A stretch of 60,072 nucleotides of DNA, counting the filler, from Hausera hauseri (Eukaryota): NCBI GenBank assembly GCA_046269625.1. It is 9 parts of 9 records of this genome, joined end to end, with 100 filler letters (N's around TTAATTAATTAA, not from the genome) between each part and the next. Parts side by side here need not be neighbours in the genome. Positions count along the whole stretch, not along the records: positions 1 to 11,900 come from JBJURY010061106.1; positions 12,001 to 17,646 come from JBJURY010214744.1; 7 more parts are not named here. One strand, 5' to 3'. Below, one piece after another: positions 1 to 12,479 of the stretch. The notes under the pieces were generated by a model. That model was given only the letters and a program-made list of their open reading frames with translations. It was not told where the DNA came from and made no database searches. Positions within the stretch are counted from its first letter, which is position 1. Every line of letters begins with the position of its first letter. The position numbers and the translations under genes are program-made.

Positions 1-714
1 TTGGCTCGTCTGGTATCGTCGTTCTATTTCATCTTGCAAGTGAGTCTCCGACAACTAAGGTTTGTTTGGAAAAATATTTTTTACATTATTAAACATCATA
101 AAATTTTGTACTTTTAGAACCCGTAGAACTTGAAAAAAATCCGACTAGCGGTAAGGTGCTGTTACTTATATGGAAGTTAATATTTAGGAAATGACGATTC
201 CTGGACTAAATAAGTTCATTTATTTTTGAAAAACTGCCAGATTGATGGGATGAGTGAGGCTTTACATTATTGTTTGTATAAAAGTTCGTTTAAAGTGCAC
301 TAAAGCATATCACAACATTCGTAATTATCACTGTTTAAAGTGGAGTTTTGAGGAACATCAACAATGGTAAATTTCTTATTAGTTATGAAAGTAATCAAGA
401 GCATAACATTTGTTGGCGAACCATTTTTAAGAATTCTAGATTTAATTTGAGTGGGCAGCCANNNNNNNNNNAATAAAACCTATCCGCCAAAAAAAGATTC
501 ACTTGACAAATTCATCTTTTCATTTTCATCATCCTCCAGATGATTCAAAATATCAGCATTTTTATACATCTCTTAATTTCTACATAAACCAATAAACAAT
601 AATTTTTTACGTCGGTTCTATCAAAACAATTGAAGAATATTAAAATGAAAATTAACGTTTTATTATTCGCCGCGCTGCATAAATAATATGCTACAAGATT
701 TAAATGAAATCACC

Positions 715-1460
715 TAGATAATGTACCGACCATAAAAAAGCACAACAGCATTTTTATTAACAAAGATCATAAATATTATGAAATATCTTTTCGCAATTTG
801 AGAAACAATTTGTATGATAAACCAAACAAGAAGTACAAATTGTAATTCTTAAAAAATTACGCAAAATCTGTTACGTAATAAAAATTTGAAGTATTTTTAT
901 GCACACATCCCATTTCTCAACCAAATAAGCGGTAGTAAAAAACGCAACTTAATCTAAAATATTTATTTCATAAATTAAATTTGTACAAATTATTGATTTA
1001 TCCATTAAATTTGATGTTAAACTTTCTTTGTTGTTTGAACATTCTACAAGACGTGTTTGGATTGATTTATAAAGGTTTACTAGCATTCCATTGTCAATCA
1101 TATTCCATGTACACAAAGTAACAGATTTTAGGATGTATACTGCCTTCCATCTTTGTCATCATTACGTGATACAACAGCCAAAACATTAATATAATTGAAA
1201 ATGTCTGGATGTTGCATCAGCCGTTTAAAAGCCTTGATATTATCGTCTTCAAACCAGTTTTGATTCTTTTAGGCATTGATATGAAAGATTATATTGTCGG
1301 ATTATACAGTTAATTTTAATTAAAGGCAGCAAATTGCAATTCAGAATATTTGTAGAATTCTTCGCAAGTATAGTTCTCTTGGTAATGAATAAATCTGACT
1401 TTGGGTCGCACGAAATGGCATTCCATATCATAATTCTGCCTCTCGAAGAATGCTATTTTT
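715..1460 (-). mobile_element. Decayed 3' half of a Tc1-like transposon (left arm of an inverted pair)
   Basis: Minus-strand translation IMIWNAISCDPKSDLFI...ILNCNLLP...WNMIDNGMLVNLYKSIQTRL resembles the Tc1 VMVWGAI..., LLP and W..I...SMP.R motifs; frameshifted. Confidence 0.65.
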
Positions 1461-1599
1461 TAAACATTCTAAATTTGTCAGAAAATGTTGACTAATCATA
1501 TAAAATGTTGCAACTTTACATTGTCAGAAGAAAAAATTTGGCACATTACTGAATAGTTGATAATATATATGGGTGGCTATTTAAGGATAATAGGCTACT

Positions 1600-2247
1600 T
1601 TCAACAAAGCGGCATTTTTCAGGAAACAGAATTATGATATGGAATGCCATTTTGTGTGACCCAAAGTCAGATTTATTCATCACGAAGGGAACTGTTGATG
1701 CAATTTGTTACATTTTATTAAAGACAACAATGAATTCCAATTTGTTGAAATGACCGATACAGTCTCAATACATAAATATAATTTAAAATATTTTGGATGT
1801 TGTGTCACGTGACGTTAACAAAGAAGGAAGACAGGATGTAACTAAAAAAGATTAAAAGTCTATCATGGGAATACGATTGACTATGGAATGCTACAAAACT
1901 TGTGTAAATCAATCCAGTCACGTCTCGAGGAATGTTTTGACAAAAAAGGACTTTTAATATGAAATTAAATATATAAGTCAACAATTGGTATAAATTTAAT
2001 TTATCAAATAAATATTTTTGGTTGAGTTGCGTTTTTATTTGGTTCAGAGAAATGACGTCAATGCATGAAGATGCGTTGACTTTTTATTTTGTAACAAACT
2101 GAGTAATTGTTTTAATGAATTACAATTTGTACTTCTTATTTAGTTTATCATACAATTATTTCTGAAAATTTACAAAGGTTTTTCATAATGTTTATCAATT
2201 TTTGTTAATAAAAATGCGATTGCGCTTTTTTATGACCAGTATGTATA
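1600..2247 (+). mobile_element. Decayed 3' half of a Tc1-like transposon (right arm, inverted copy of 715-1460)
   Basis: Reverse complement aligns by eye with 715-1460; encodes RIMIWNAILCDPKSDLFITKGTVDAICY; ends in TIR-like TTTTTATGACCAGTATG followed by TA. Confidence 0.65.
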
Positions 2248-2314
2248 TAAAAATCAATATAACAAATTACGTTACCATGCAAATTTCCAATCAAATCTGC
2301 TCTTAGAAGTAAAC

Positions 2315-3236
2315 TACGTGGTGTGCCCATTAAGTACTAGACTTGACAAAAAATAATTATAAAGTATTGAAGTGTTTTTGTTTTTCTGAGCTTATTTTCT
2401 TTTCACAAAAAATTGCGCTATTTCAACATGTCAGATAATGTTCAGTTTCAAGCGTCATAAAGTTTCTGCTTTTGAAGAAAACTAGCAGCCAAGAAATTAT
2501 CGCACAACAGCAGGACGTTTAAAAGAGTGGGTGCCCTTGTAAAGCAACTGTTTACAACTGGATTTGAGGTTTCAAAAGTGGGCGCACTAGTGTCTTTGAT
2601 TTGGAAAAGTCTGGAAGACCAGTGGAAATTTTGAAATGAGAAGGAAGAAATGCTGCCGGACTTCAAGCTTGCTGAGTGAAATGGGCATCAGGAAGTTGAG
2701 TTCACGATGAGACACCTCTGAGCCGTTATATATCTGAAACTAAACGTGAATCCGCTGAATGGAAGGTGCCATGGGAGAAACTGTCACTGAAAATGAGTAC
2801 TGGTACGTCCCACAAGAAATGTCTGATGCTCACAATCTTTTCGCTACGTCATATGTCAAAATCAACTCTGATTATTATGTGCAACTGACAAAGGAAACAA
2901 GAAGAAAGCGGCAGAAAAGAGGAAAGAATGCCCAAATCCACACATGTCACCTGACAACAGCAACTGGTGGCTCACCCACCATACAGTCCTGACCTCTCCC
3001 CTAGTGATTTTCACCTCTTCGGACAACTGAAGAAGGATTTCCTAGAAAATTCTTCTATTGTGTTAATGATCTGCACCAGTATGTCACAGATTTGCTGACT
3101 TCCTACCGAAACACCTTTTATGAAAAGGGCTTTTTGGATTTGATGTCACGATGGCGAAAATGCGTGGAAGTTGAGAAATAAATCCAGACTGGTTGCTTGT
3201 TGTTGAAAGTTTGAAAAAAATTGGGCGCACCACGTA
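2315..3236 (+). mobile_element. Internally deleted mariner (DD34D-type) transposon
   Basis: TIRs TA-CGTGGTGTGCCCA (2315) and TGGGCGCACCACG-TA (3236); transposase motifs WVP (~2528), VHDET..ETK..S.EW (~2700), HPPYSPDLSPSDFHLF (~2973) and RWRKCV. Confidence 0.9.
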
Positions 3237-3929
3237 GTATCCATTGTGAGAAAGTTTAAGAACTGCTGTACCTCACAGAATACTGATTTATGGATTTGTT
3301 ACATGTTTTATTATTTTGTTGTATTTCAACTGATACTTACACAGACCAGCAGTGTCCTGCCGAAATGTCTATTGTAGACTTCTTGTTATTTTATTTGTAT
3401 TCGTATTTTTTTAAAAAAAATCCAGCTTTGTTTTCTTATTAGTCATTATTTTGAACGTTTCGCTGAAATTTTGTTGAATGAAGTTCATTTCAGAAAAGAG
3501 TTCCATGCCTTTGCGGAGCCAAAAAGTGCCGAAAATATCTCTATTAATATTAATAATTTCAGAAATAAAACATTACATTTTGTAGTATAGTCTTTTCTGT
3601 AGTCATATTTACATGTATTCCATCCGAATGGATATTGCTGTGTTTGTCGTTTTTTCCCATGGGAAAATTTGTTGTGTATTATTATCTTCGATTTGTTCAT
3701 GTACATATATATACATTTAAGGTTTTATACTTTATCATTCCGGCGAAATTTATTAACTGTTGGAGACAATGTTGATGTGTAATTTTTGTAGTTTTATTTT
3801 GGTTGTCGCTGATTTTTTTTATATGCCGAATGTGACCGAGAGTTAGAGAAAATTTCTGTGAGTTATAAACCGAGTAATAAAGAATTGAAATTTTTTGATT
3901 TTTCATTTGATCGCCAATTGGAGTTGACC

Positions 3930-5010
3930 CTTCAAAATCGCCAATTGAAATTTCTATACTACAATTTCATCATGAGGAATAATTACATTTTTTAAAAAGC
4001 TATATAACTCGATTACCTTTCCAATTGGAGTTTAGATATCGTTCGATTTTTATTTCGTGTAACAAGTAGGATTTTATTCTCGATCTTTCATCTGGCAACT
4101 TTTGATCCCACCCAGTTTTCAATCCATAGATCTTGCATTATCTTCTTTCCGGTTATAGTATAGCAGCTTAGGAACCCCAATGGATCGTGTATTTTTTCAG
4201 CCGCATTTAGTAATGTCATCTTTGTATCTTCAGTTGCAACTCTCTTGTCAAATGAGTACTTATACTCTTCTACTTTCCATTTCATACCTAATATTTTCGT
4301 GGCTAATGTATTCTTTCAGTCTTTTGTCACATGGGCTCATTTATGTGAGATCCTTCTTGCTCTTTGCCATATTGTGTTCAATTCGTGATATAGTTCTACT
4401 ACTGTGTCTTCTGTTGATACTGCACCAATACAGTCGTCCATGTAAGTAGAATGTATTATAGTTCCTGTCGCCTTATACCTAATCTGTTGAATTCGTATGA
4501 TACACATTTTTTCACAGAAATCGAAAATATTTCCTATCATCGGGATCTACCGAAATTTGTAAAAGCATTTCATCAAATTTAACCACAGGGAAATGTGGTA
4601 GCAACCATCTTGTTTCTTTCTCTTTTTATATTTATATTTTCTTTATATTGTTCTATAAGCTTTTCGTATTCATCTTTCACTTTAACCTCCTTTTCGCGAT
4701 CCATAACGATTCAGAGCCACTGACGTTGGGATATTTCTCTTTCCAAGGCAATTTTACACTGTCTGTTTTCACCATATTTTATTCCTCTCGTTACTTTCTC
4801 TATCAAGTTGATATCTAATGTGTTTAATTCAGATCTTTCCTGGAATCCCTGCTTCTCCCATAATCTTTTGCAGTCCTCGTGTATTTCCTCTGTTCGTGTT
4901 CAAAAAATTCTAATAAAGTTGTTTTTCAATTTCCTTTTTTTCCATATTACTCCAACGCAAGTCCATCCAAGTTACAGGTTCATTAACCCGACCGGCTACT
5001 TTCATGGACC
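3930..5010 (-). mobile_element. BEL/Pao LTR retrotransposon pol fragment (RT and RNase H linker), pseudogenised
   Basis: VKLPWK..AKRRL, STYMDD and TK..LL....IHDPLGFL...K.IMQDLW are Pao-type motifs; many stops and frameshifts. Confidence 0.8.
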
Positions 5011-5019
5011 TATGTAAAT

Positions 5020-7830
5020 GCGCGTAATTCTCACCGATTGTCCCATGACTGTGCCGTGCGAATGCTTTCGTATGTCGAATTGTCGTCAAGGTCGGAAAGT
5101 TTAAACAGAACCCGTATTGGAGTCCCAAAAAGTGCCTCGGCTGTAGCACAACCCGTGGTGGTGGAAGGAGTGTTGCGCCAACCGAGTAGAACAAATGGCA
5201 GGATAGACGTCCAATTGCGATGATTGTCTGCTAGGATTTTTAAAGAAATTTTAATAGTTCGATGGAATCTTTCAAGGAGGCCATTTGCTTGTGGTGGTAC
5301 GGTGTTGTATGGAAATATGATATCCCCAAGCATTTAACAAGCGATTTAAAAAGTTCCGATTCGAACTGCGGACCTTGGTCCGTTATGATATGCCGTGGGG
5401 ATCCAAAACGACTGATCCAGATTTTGATGAAGGCATGTGCTACTGAATCAGTGTTTGTTGAACAGAGAGTAACGGCTTCAGGCTAGGGAGAAGCACGATC
5501 CATCATAATGAGAATATGTTGATACCCGTTATCGGAAAATAAGGGTCCAACAAGATCAAGATGGACGGTATGAAAACGTGATGTACATGGGAAATGGTAA
5601 AGCGGCGGTTTAAGCTGTTTGTTGACTTTGTATTTTTGACAGGCGATGCATTCCTTAACCCAACCCTATACATCTGTGCGCATTGATGGCCAAGCTACAA
5701 TACGTTGGAGCAAACAAAACGTGGCTTTCGAGCCTGGATGATGAAGTGAATGCGTGTGAAGAAAAGCTGGTTTCTGCAAAGAAGGAGCAAGAATGATTTT
5801 CTTGTTACCGGGGTTAGATATGTATTATGCAATGCCATCAATAATTTTAAAGGATTTGAATGAGCTAAGAATATCGGCAGACGGTTGACTGAGCTTTACA
5901 ATTTCGGTAGAAAATATTGGTTCAACCGTAATTGAGCCGATCGACCGTGACAGGAAATCCGCGACCAAATTCTCCATACCTGAAATATACTTTATGACAA
6001 AACTAAATGTAGACAGGTACAATATATGTCGATCCTGCCTCGGTGATGGCTGTTTAATGACATGATGTGCACCAGAGGCTTTTGAACCGTTTGGATGATA
6101 AATGGGTGAGAGAGGAGGAGATGCTTGAAATGTTTTACTGCCAGAACTATGGCTAGTAGCTCACGACTAAATGTAGAATATCGGATTCTGGTTTTGTGAG
6201 TTTTCGAGAGTAAAATTCCAAAGGTTCGTCGACGCCGTTGGAAATTTGGTGTAGTATTGCACCTGTAGCTGTGGAAGAGGCATCAGTGGTAAGTATTAGC
6301 TCCGCGTCCGGTTTTGGATAAGCCAGTATTTCGACGGTTTTTAGGCCTTCACGTAAGTGATCAAATTTGGTAACTAAATCGAGAGTCCATTGGATTAGCT
6401 GTCTTTTCTTTCCAGATGAGAGGTGTGCGAAAGGTGCTGTAAGCTCAGAGAAATGCGGTATGTATTTGTGGAAAAAATGTAGCGTGCCAAGAAAATTTCT
6501 CATATCTGTAGTGGTCGTTGATAGTGTTACGTTTTTTAATTTCTGTAGTCGATCAGGTTGTGGAGACTGGCCGTGAGGAGTGATAATGTGGCCTAAGAAC
6601 TTGACACGTTTCTGAAAGAAGTTGTACTTGGAGAAATTAACTTGTAAGTTGCTATGATGTAGTCTGTGAAAAATAATTCGGAGGTGTTCATGGTGTTGCT
6701 TCACGGATTTGGAGGCAACTCGTATGTCATCGATGTAAGGATAAGCAAAATCAAGGCCTGAGATAACGGTGTCGATGTGACGTTGAAAAGTTTGGGCTGC
6801 GTTACGTAAACCGAATGGCATAAACATGTATTCGTAAAGGCCAAATGGAGTGATGACAGCAGTCTTCGGAATGTCATCGGGTGCAACGGGAATTTGATGG
6901 TAGGCTTTGTGCAGATCTATTGTGGAATAGGTATTGGTGTTGTTAAGACTGTGCAGGATGTCTTTTATGAGCGGTAATGGGTAAGCATCCATGATGGTTA
7001 GATTGTTCACTAGACGGTAATCTCCATATGGTCGAAAAGTACCGTCCTTTTTTGCCACAACATGTAATGGTGAAGCCCATGGTGATTTGGATCTCCGAAT
7101 GATACCAGATTTTTCGAGTTCGTTAAACTCTAATTCCACTGCTTTTCGTCTACGAGGCGATAATGGTCTCACCTTTTATCTGATAGGTCTTTGATGTTGG
7201 GTGACGATGTGGTGATAAATTGTTGACAGGGGCTTGAAGCTAGAGTCTTTTTTGAGCATGCGAGAGCAAGAAGAATTGATGTATGATTTGAGATTGTAAT
7301 CTAGTGATAAAAATGATTGAGACGTATTATCGGAGGAGGCGGTGACTGTGATTGGCGAAGAGTGAACGACGTTGTCGCCGTCAACGTTCGGTTTAACCGA
7401 TCGTTTCAAAATCGACTTCGGTGTTTTAGGTGTAATTGAGAAAATAGATAAACTACTAGATGTATCGTTATCGACCGATAAGTAATTTGCCACATTCACG
7501 TGTGAGTTCGCAGTCGTTTGGCCTGTTGCGTTGTCTGTTAGACTGTTGCTAAAGTTCACGACGGAGTCTCTACGTAGCAAACGACCATACTTGCAGTCAA
7601 CTAGCAGGTCGTATGCGGCCAAAAAATCTGATCCGATTATTGGCGATTTAATGTTGGCCACGTGGAATTTCCAGACAAACTAGCCTGGTAAGTTTGCGAA
7701 TGTAAAGACTAGTTCTGTGGTGCCTGTGATTCGCAAAGGTTGACCGTTGGCGGTGAAAAGCGGAGGGAAAAAATTGTCGTTGATGTGGGGACGAAAGACA
7801 AAGGTAGGAGTGAAAAGGCAGCTCCTGAGC
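5020..7830 (-). mobile_element. Ty3/Gypsy LTR retrotransposon pol (protease end, RT, RNase H, integrase), decayed
   Basis: PIIGSDFL, SPWASPLHVV.KKDG, DAYPLP, YMFMPFGLRNA, YIDD, LTTDAS, ENLVADFLSR, VHLDLVGP, ITDQGPQF, QANGLLERFHRT; RT-RH-IN order. Confidence 0.95.
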
Positions 7831-9077
7831 CACTGTTTGACTTCTTTTTCTGTTCATTTGTTCATAATAAATATAATTTAATTATTTTTGTAGTATAGAT
7901 CAAAATGAAAAGTTGTGAAGTGCGAAAATTAGGCATAAATTAGGCTCAAAATTAGTTATAACAATGCAAGTTGCACGAAATTTGTGTGTATAAGTGAAAG
8001 ATGTGCTAAAGAAGAGAGGTCCAAAATTTAAAATAAATGATACAGTCAAATTACGCATTAAAACAGCGATTTCCAATTTAAAGAGTAAAGGTAAAAAAGT
8101 AAATTGCTCTAAATTAATTGAAAATTTCAAATCTTTAATTTCGTGAATAATTTCCTTCATTACAGCAAATAATTTACCTTTAGTTATTCGTCTGAAGTGA
8201 ATATCTCTGAATTGAGTTTCAACAACTAGATAGGATCTGTGGTTGAAAAAATTGAACGATGAAAATTGTGTATTGGCTGTAAGTGTTTTTGTAAACGTTG
8301 GATTTGTTAAAAGTATAATTGTCACAAACCTAGATATTTTAGTGATAACATTACAGGATATGTTGACAATGGCGAAATATTATCTTTTTATGGATTTCAA
8401 TATAGACTGCGGTAAAATAAATAAATTTTTATTAGTATGTCTCACAATATTCTATTTTTACGACACATAACGTTTAGTATGTTTAAAAATTGTTGTTGAA
8501 AGTATATTAAGAAAACCAAAATTATTTGTGACTTTTTTGACCGTTGGGCGTAGACGTATCCACGCCATCCACATCATCGCACAGCTTGGGTAGGGTTGGA
8601 AAATTCCCGCCCCCTAGTACGTCCGATAAAGCGGAATTTAATCGTTTGTAAATACTCATTGCAAAGTTAACACCATTTGTAGAAAATTACTATTCTGTTG
8701 CATTATTGTAAATTTCTTTCTGAGTATTCTTACTATTTTGAATATTTTCTATTTTTATTATTAGATTCGAAAATTATTCATTCTACTTAAACGAAATTTT
8801 TGGACTATCGAGTCTTTTTCTGATTGCAATTAAAGACGTGATTGCAATTAACTTTAGGACGTATATACAAAATAAAATATACAATAACACGTACTTTTAT
8901 ACCCCTCAACAAATTTGTATGGTAAACCATGTGTTTCTTTTGTTTATATATTAATGTATTAAGATATTATCGATGGAACGTTTTTGAATTAAAAATTATA
9001 CATTAAAGTAAAAAGTATGTTTGATAAGGCTCAGTTTACTTTTAATAAAAAATTTATTATAAGACAATATAAAATTC

Positions 9078-11165
9078 TTATACCGTGTTACTATCGGACG
9101 CCATCTTCCACAGGAGAATCAATTCTTGAATTAAAGTATCGTGTCTGAATGCAATTCGATTGGTTGGCACATTTGTTTTCTTGATATCGTTTCCTTTAAC
9201 GCCTTCCTGCTTGAAATTATTGCCGATATATCTAGCCTTCCAGTCGTCGCTAAATCCACTCATCAGAACACTATTTCTGGCTAATTCACACATGTCGGTT
9301 GACGACAGTTTCCATATTTGAGCAGCAATACTGTACTCTTCCATTAAAGGTTCTCTTGTATAATGAAATTGTAATGGATCATCCGTACTTAAACTAACAT
9401 TCAATCCACAGCTAAAATAGTCGAAAATCGGATTCTTTTGATATTCAAGAAAAAGTGAATTGTTACTTAATGGAGACATGGCAACTCCTATCTGACAGAG
9501 GTAAAACAAGTATTGAATGACAGGTGCCTTTCGCAAAAGTAATCCATGATTTATACTTTCAGCCAGCAGAAATGAAGCTACTAAATGATGGGTTGAACCT
9601 GACTCGCCGCAGTGAGGTCTAAACGAGAATGTGTTTAGTCCTCTTGACTTTCGTAATTTGTTCAGAATACTTAGATTAACGAACATATAATACAGATAGT
9701 AAGCGTATGGCGGGTTTGTTTCGCATGACCACTTATCTGGAGTTGACATATATTCATTGAGTAAACATGATTCTGGTTTTGATTCATCGTCCACAGAGTC
9801 AAAACCACTAACATTCTGTAAAAATCTATGTAATTCTGGATGGCTGTCAGGATTGAGAGTAACTTCAAATAACGGTAAAAACAAATTTTCAAGTATTTCT
9901 GCATACGATTGAACTAATTTGTTTCTTTTGAAAATGTCGTAGATTCTTGGGACTTGTATCATCCACTTAACATTATCGGAGTACATGTTGTTATTATCTG
10001 CCCATTTTGCCAATTTATCCCACTCATCTTTTGATGTTCCATAGACGGATAAACGAGGTTCAATACTTATGTATTTTGATTCTTCAATTTCATCAATTAC
10101 TTCTCTCATTACTTCAGCAAATAATTTGCCTTCATTAAAGTTGTTCGTTTTAAGGAAAATGTCTCTCAATTGAGCTTCACCAGCCGGATTGTATTTGTTG
10201 TTGAAAACATCGAAACGATGAAATGTGTTTCTGTCACAATGCATATCGAGTTTGTCTATGTTAAGGTCATCTGGTGACAAACCCAAACTGTTAAACACTT
10301 CACTCAATGTTAATATTTTTCCACTTTTCTTGTCTTTCATCACTTCTCTGTGGCCATGTTTATTCAGACTCTTTTTGATAAATCTCTGTAAATGTTTCTG
10401 GTTCATAGCTGCTGCAGCGTGGATATGAGTGTCGACCTTCATTATATTGTAAAAGTCGCGATGGGATGTTGATTTTAATTCAGCAGATTCATTTAATTCA
10501 TTTAACATTCGATGCATTTGAAATTTGGTTTTCAAGAAGTTAAGTCTTCGGAAACAAAACGATTTCAATGGCCCATCGCTCACTAAAGCACAAATGGCAT
10601 AAAAGTCATCGCAAAATTGTTTCAGACTAATGTTGCATAAATCAGTTTCTGAATTTGACGAATTTCTAGAAAAATTTGCAACACCCTTTATAAATACCAC
10701 TTCTGATAAACTTAACAAATCCTTCATACAAGTAACTTGACTTCGTCCGATTAGTTGTTTGTAATTAGAGACATGATTGTCTGAAACTACATTTCCATTT
10801 TGACAAGACGATCTCATGTAGTACTTTCGTAATTCAATGGCATCTACTAAAGCACTGACCTTCTCTTCTATTTCTTCAAGTGCTAAAGTAACACTTTCTT
10901 CTCCTGATATACTGATCTTATGATAATTTGGAATGTTGTAGGGAGAACTTCCAAAACAGTCTTCAAATTGTGAATAATTTAATGATTTATGATTATGTAA
11001 CTTTGGACTATGAAGCATAGACTCTATCATTTGCTCTTTAATTTCATTGTTTTCCCTAAGATTGTCGGAAATATTCAATTCATAATCCATCAAATCTTTG
11101 CCTGACGTACATTTTGCCTTACTTGCTTGTCTGTAAAATTCCATGGTTAATTTTGATACAAACAC
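9078..11165 (-). CDS. AMPD: AMP deaminase; uninterrupted ORF, true start probably ATG at 11090
   Basis: KVDTHIHAAAAMNQKHL, GFDSVDDESKPE, FRPHCGESG, HGLLLRK and the signature SLSTDDPLQFH are all intact. Confidence 0.97.
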   Translation of the reverse strand: MFVSKLTMEFYRQASKAKCTSGKDLMDYELNISDNLRENNEIKEQMIESMLHSPKLHNHKSLNYSQFEDCFGSSPYNIPNYHKISISGEESVTLALEEIEEKVSALVDAIELRKYYMRSSCQNGNVVSDNHVSNYKQLIGRSQVTCMKDLLSLSEVVFIKGVANFSRNSSNSETDLCNISLKQFCDDFYAICALVSDGPLKSFCFRRLNFLKTKFQMHRMLNELNESAELKSTSHRDFYNIMKVDTHIHAAAAMNQKHLQRFIKKSLNKHGHREVMKDKKSGKILTLSEVFNSLGLSPDDLNIDKLDMHCDRNTFHRFDVFNNKYNPAGEAQLRDIFLKTNNFNEGKLFAEVMREVIDEIEESKYISIEPRLSVYGTSKDEWDKLAKWADNNNMYSDNVKWMIQVPRIYDIFKRNKLVQSYAEILENLFLPLFEVTLNPDSHPELHRFLQNVSGFDSVDDESKPESCLLNEYMSTPDKWSCETNPPYAYYLYYMFVNLSILNKLRKSRGLNTFSFRPHCGESGSTHHLVASFLLAESINHGLLLRKAPVIQYLFYLCQIGVAMSPLSNNSLFLEYQKNPIFDYFSCGLNVSLSTDDPLQFHYTREPLMEEYSIAAQIWKLSSTDMCELARNSVLMSGFSDDWKARYIGNNFKQEGVKGNDIKKTNVPTNRIAFRHDTLIQELILLWKMASDSNTV

Positions 11166-11169
11166 TTAC
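11131..11169 (-). other. Putative 39-nt GT-AG intron at the 5' end of AMPD
   Basis: Minus strand AAG|GTAAGT...ATTAAC...TTTTACAG: canonical donor, branch-like TTAAC and acceptor. Confidence 0.6.
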
Positions 11170-11900
11170 CTTAAGTTTAATAAATGATGATTGAATTAAG
11201 AACATTTAACTTTTTTTCAGTTTTTGTTGGATAACAATAACAATAATTTTCAATTGCCCGTATTTTAATTTGACATAATTATTAAATATAATATTAAAAT
11301 TATCTTATTTATCACATTTATGTTATAGTTTGTGAACATGGATGTTGTATTCCAATTGGAAATTAAATGAATGGTAATGGAATATCAAAGTGCCAATCAA
11401 AAATTAATTTCAATAAATTAAAAATATTATTAAATTAGATATTAGTTTATTACAGTTCTCCAAAGAAATGCTTAATCTAATTTCAAGTCATTATGTTAAA
11501 TAAAATTCGCTATTTTCTATGAACTTTAAAATATACAAAATAATTAAAATTTCCTCCATCTTTGTATTTTACCACAAAGAATTACTTTATCACTCAAATT
11601 TCTTTCATTTTTCCAAGAATATACGATTTTTAAATATTATCTGTTATGCTTAGACTACAAAATAACAGTCGAAAATATTTTAATAATTTTAAATCAATTT
11701 CGACAAATTAAGTCACTTTTTCAATTAAAATTGTTAAAGCTATCCATGAGCTATACAATTTATAAGAGAAAAGGAAACTAGAATAACATCAAAAATTCAT
11801 AAATCAGAAAACGAAGTGTGAGGATATAATTGAGAACAGAAATTCTAAATTTAAATTAGAAACATTTTTAAATTTAAATTAAAAATTTAATTTAAAAGTA

Positions 11901-12000
11901 NNNNNNNNNNNNNNNNNNNNNNNNNNNNNNNNNNNNNNNNNNNNTTAATTAATTAANNNNNNNNNNNNNNNNNNNNNNNNNNNNNNNNNNNNNNNNNNNN
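11901..12000. other. Artificial contig spacer N44-TTAATTAATTAA-N44 (also at 17647, 22867, 36961, 41365, 45767, 49978, 55880)
   Basis: Eight identical 100-nt spacers; the 12-mer gives stop codons in all six frames. Confidence 0.99.
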
Positions 12001-12479
12001 AATGGTTCGCGATTGTTAATGTGGTTATATATTCCAAAAGGTTTCTAACCTTGGTTTACCCAGACAGGTTATCTAATTTCTATATTCCGAGGTTCTCTCG
12101 GGGAATGCAATATTCTGGGGTCGTCGAGGGGCTCTGAATAACACATTTTCCGTAGGACTCCGTAACGTTTCGCACCTTCATAGGGGTCTTCTAATCTAAT
12201 TGTCCTTTTATAGATTTCTGTCTGATATGAGTTAATTGATCGTTTGTCACAGGCTTCATAGACTGGAGAGGTACAGAGTAGCATAGGCAATGGTGCTCTA
12301 ATGACAAAATACGTCTTATGTCTGTCTGTTCTTGGGAGTACTTCCCCTCCCCTAGGCTCGCCATCATCTGAATTATTCCTTTGCGTATTAGTTTTTTATG
12401 AATTTACGCTTGTAGAAGAACATAGGCCTCTCTTTTCGTTTACAATTATAATAACCGACATGGCGTTCTANNNNNNNNN

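Noticed and set aside
1-213. Possible 3' exons of an unidentified gene
   Set aside because: Splice-like signals exist, but the first donor is ambiguous and the short peptide is unrecognisable.
3335-3375. Minimal hammerhead-like stem GCAG-TGTC-CTGC-CGAAA
   Set aside because: The CUGANGA core is not present at the required position (CAGACCA).
7900-8470. ORFs 7900-8325 and 8243-8470
   Set aside because: AT-rich, no recognisable motif; likely chance ORFs.
8587-8618. Helitron-like 3' end (G/C hairpin then CTAG-T)
   Set aside because: Hairpin is imperfect and directly abuts CTAG; no 5' end or Rep/Hel sequence seen.
11901-12000. TTAATTAATTAA motif as a biological repeat, and gene neighbourhoods across spacers
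   Set aside because: Identical N-flanked six-frame-stop linkers are assembly artefacts, so adjacency between contigs means nothing and ORFs containing X runs at spacers are partly spurious.
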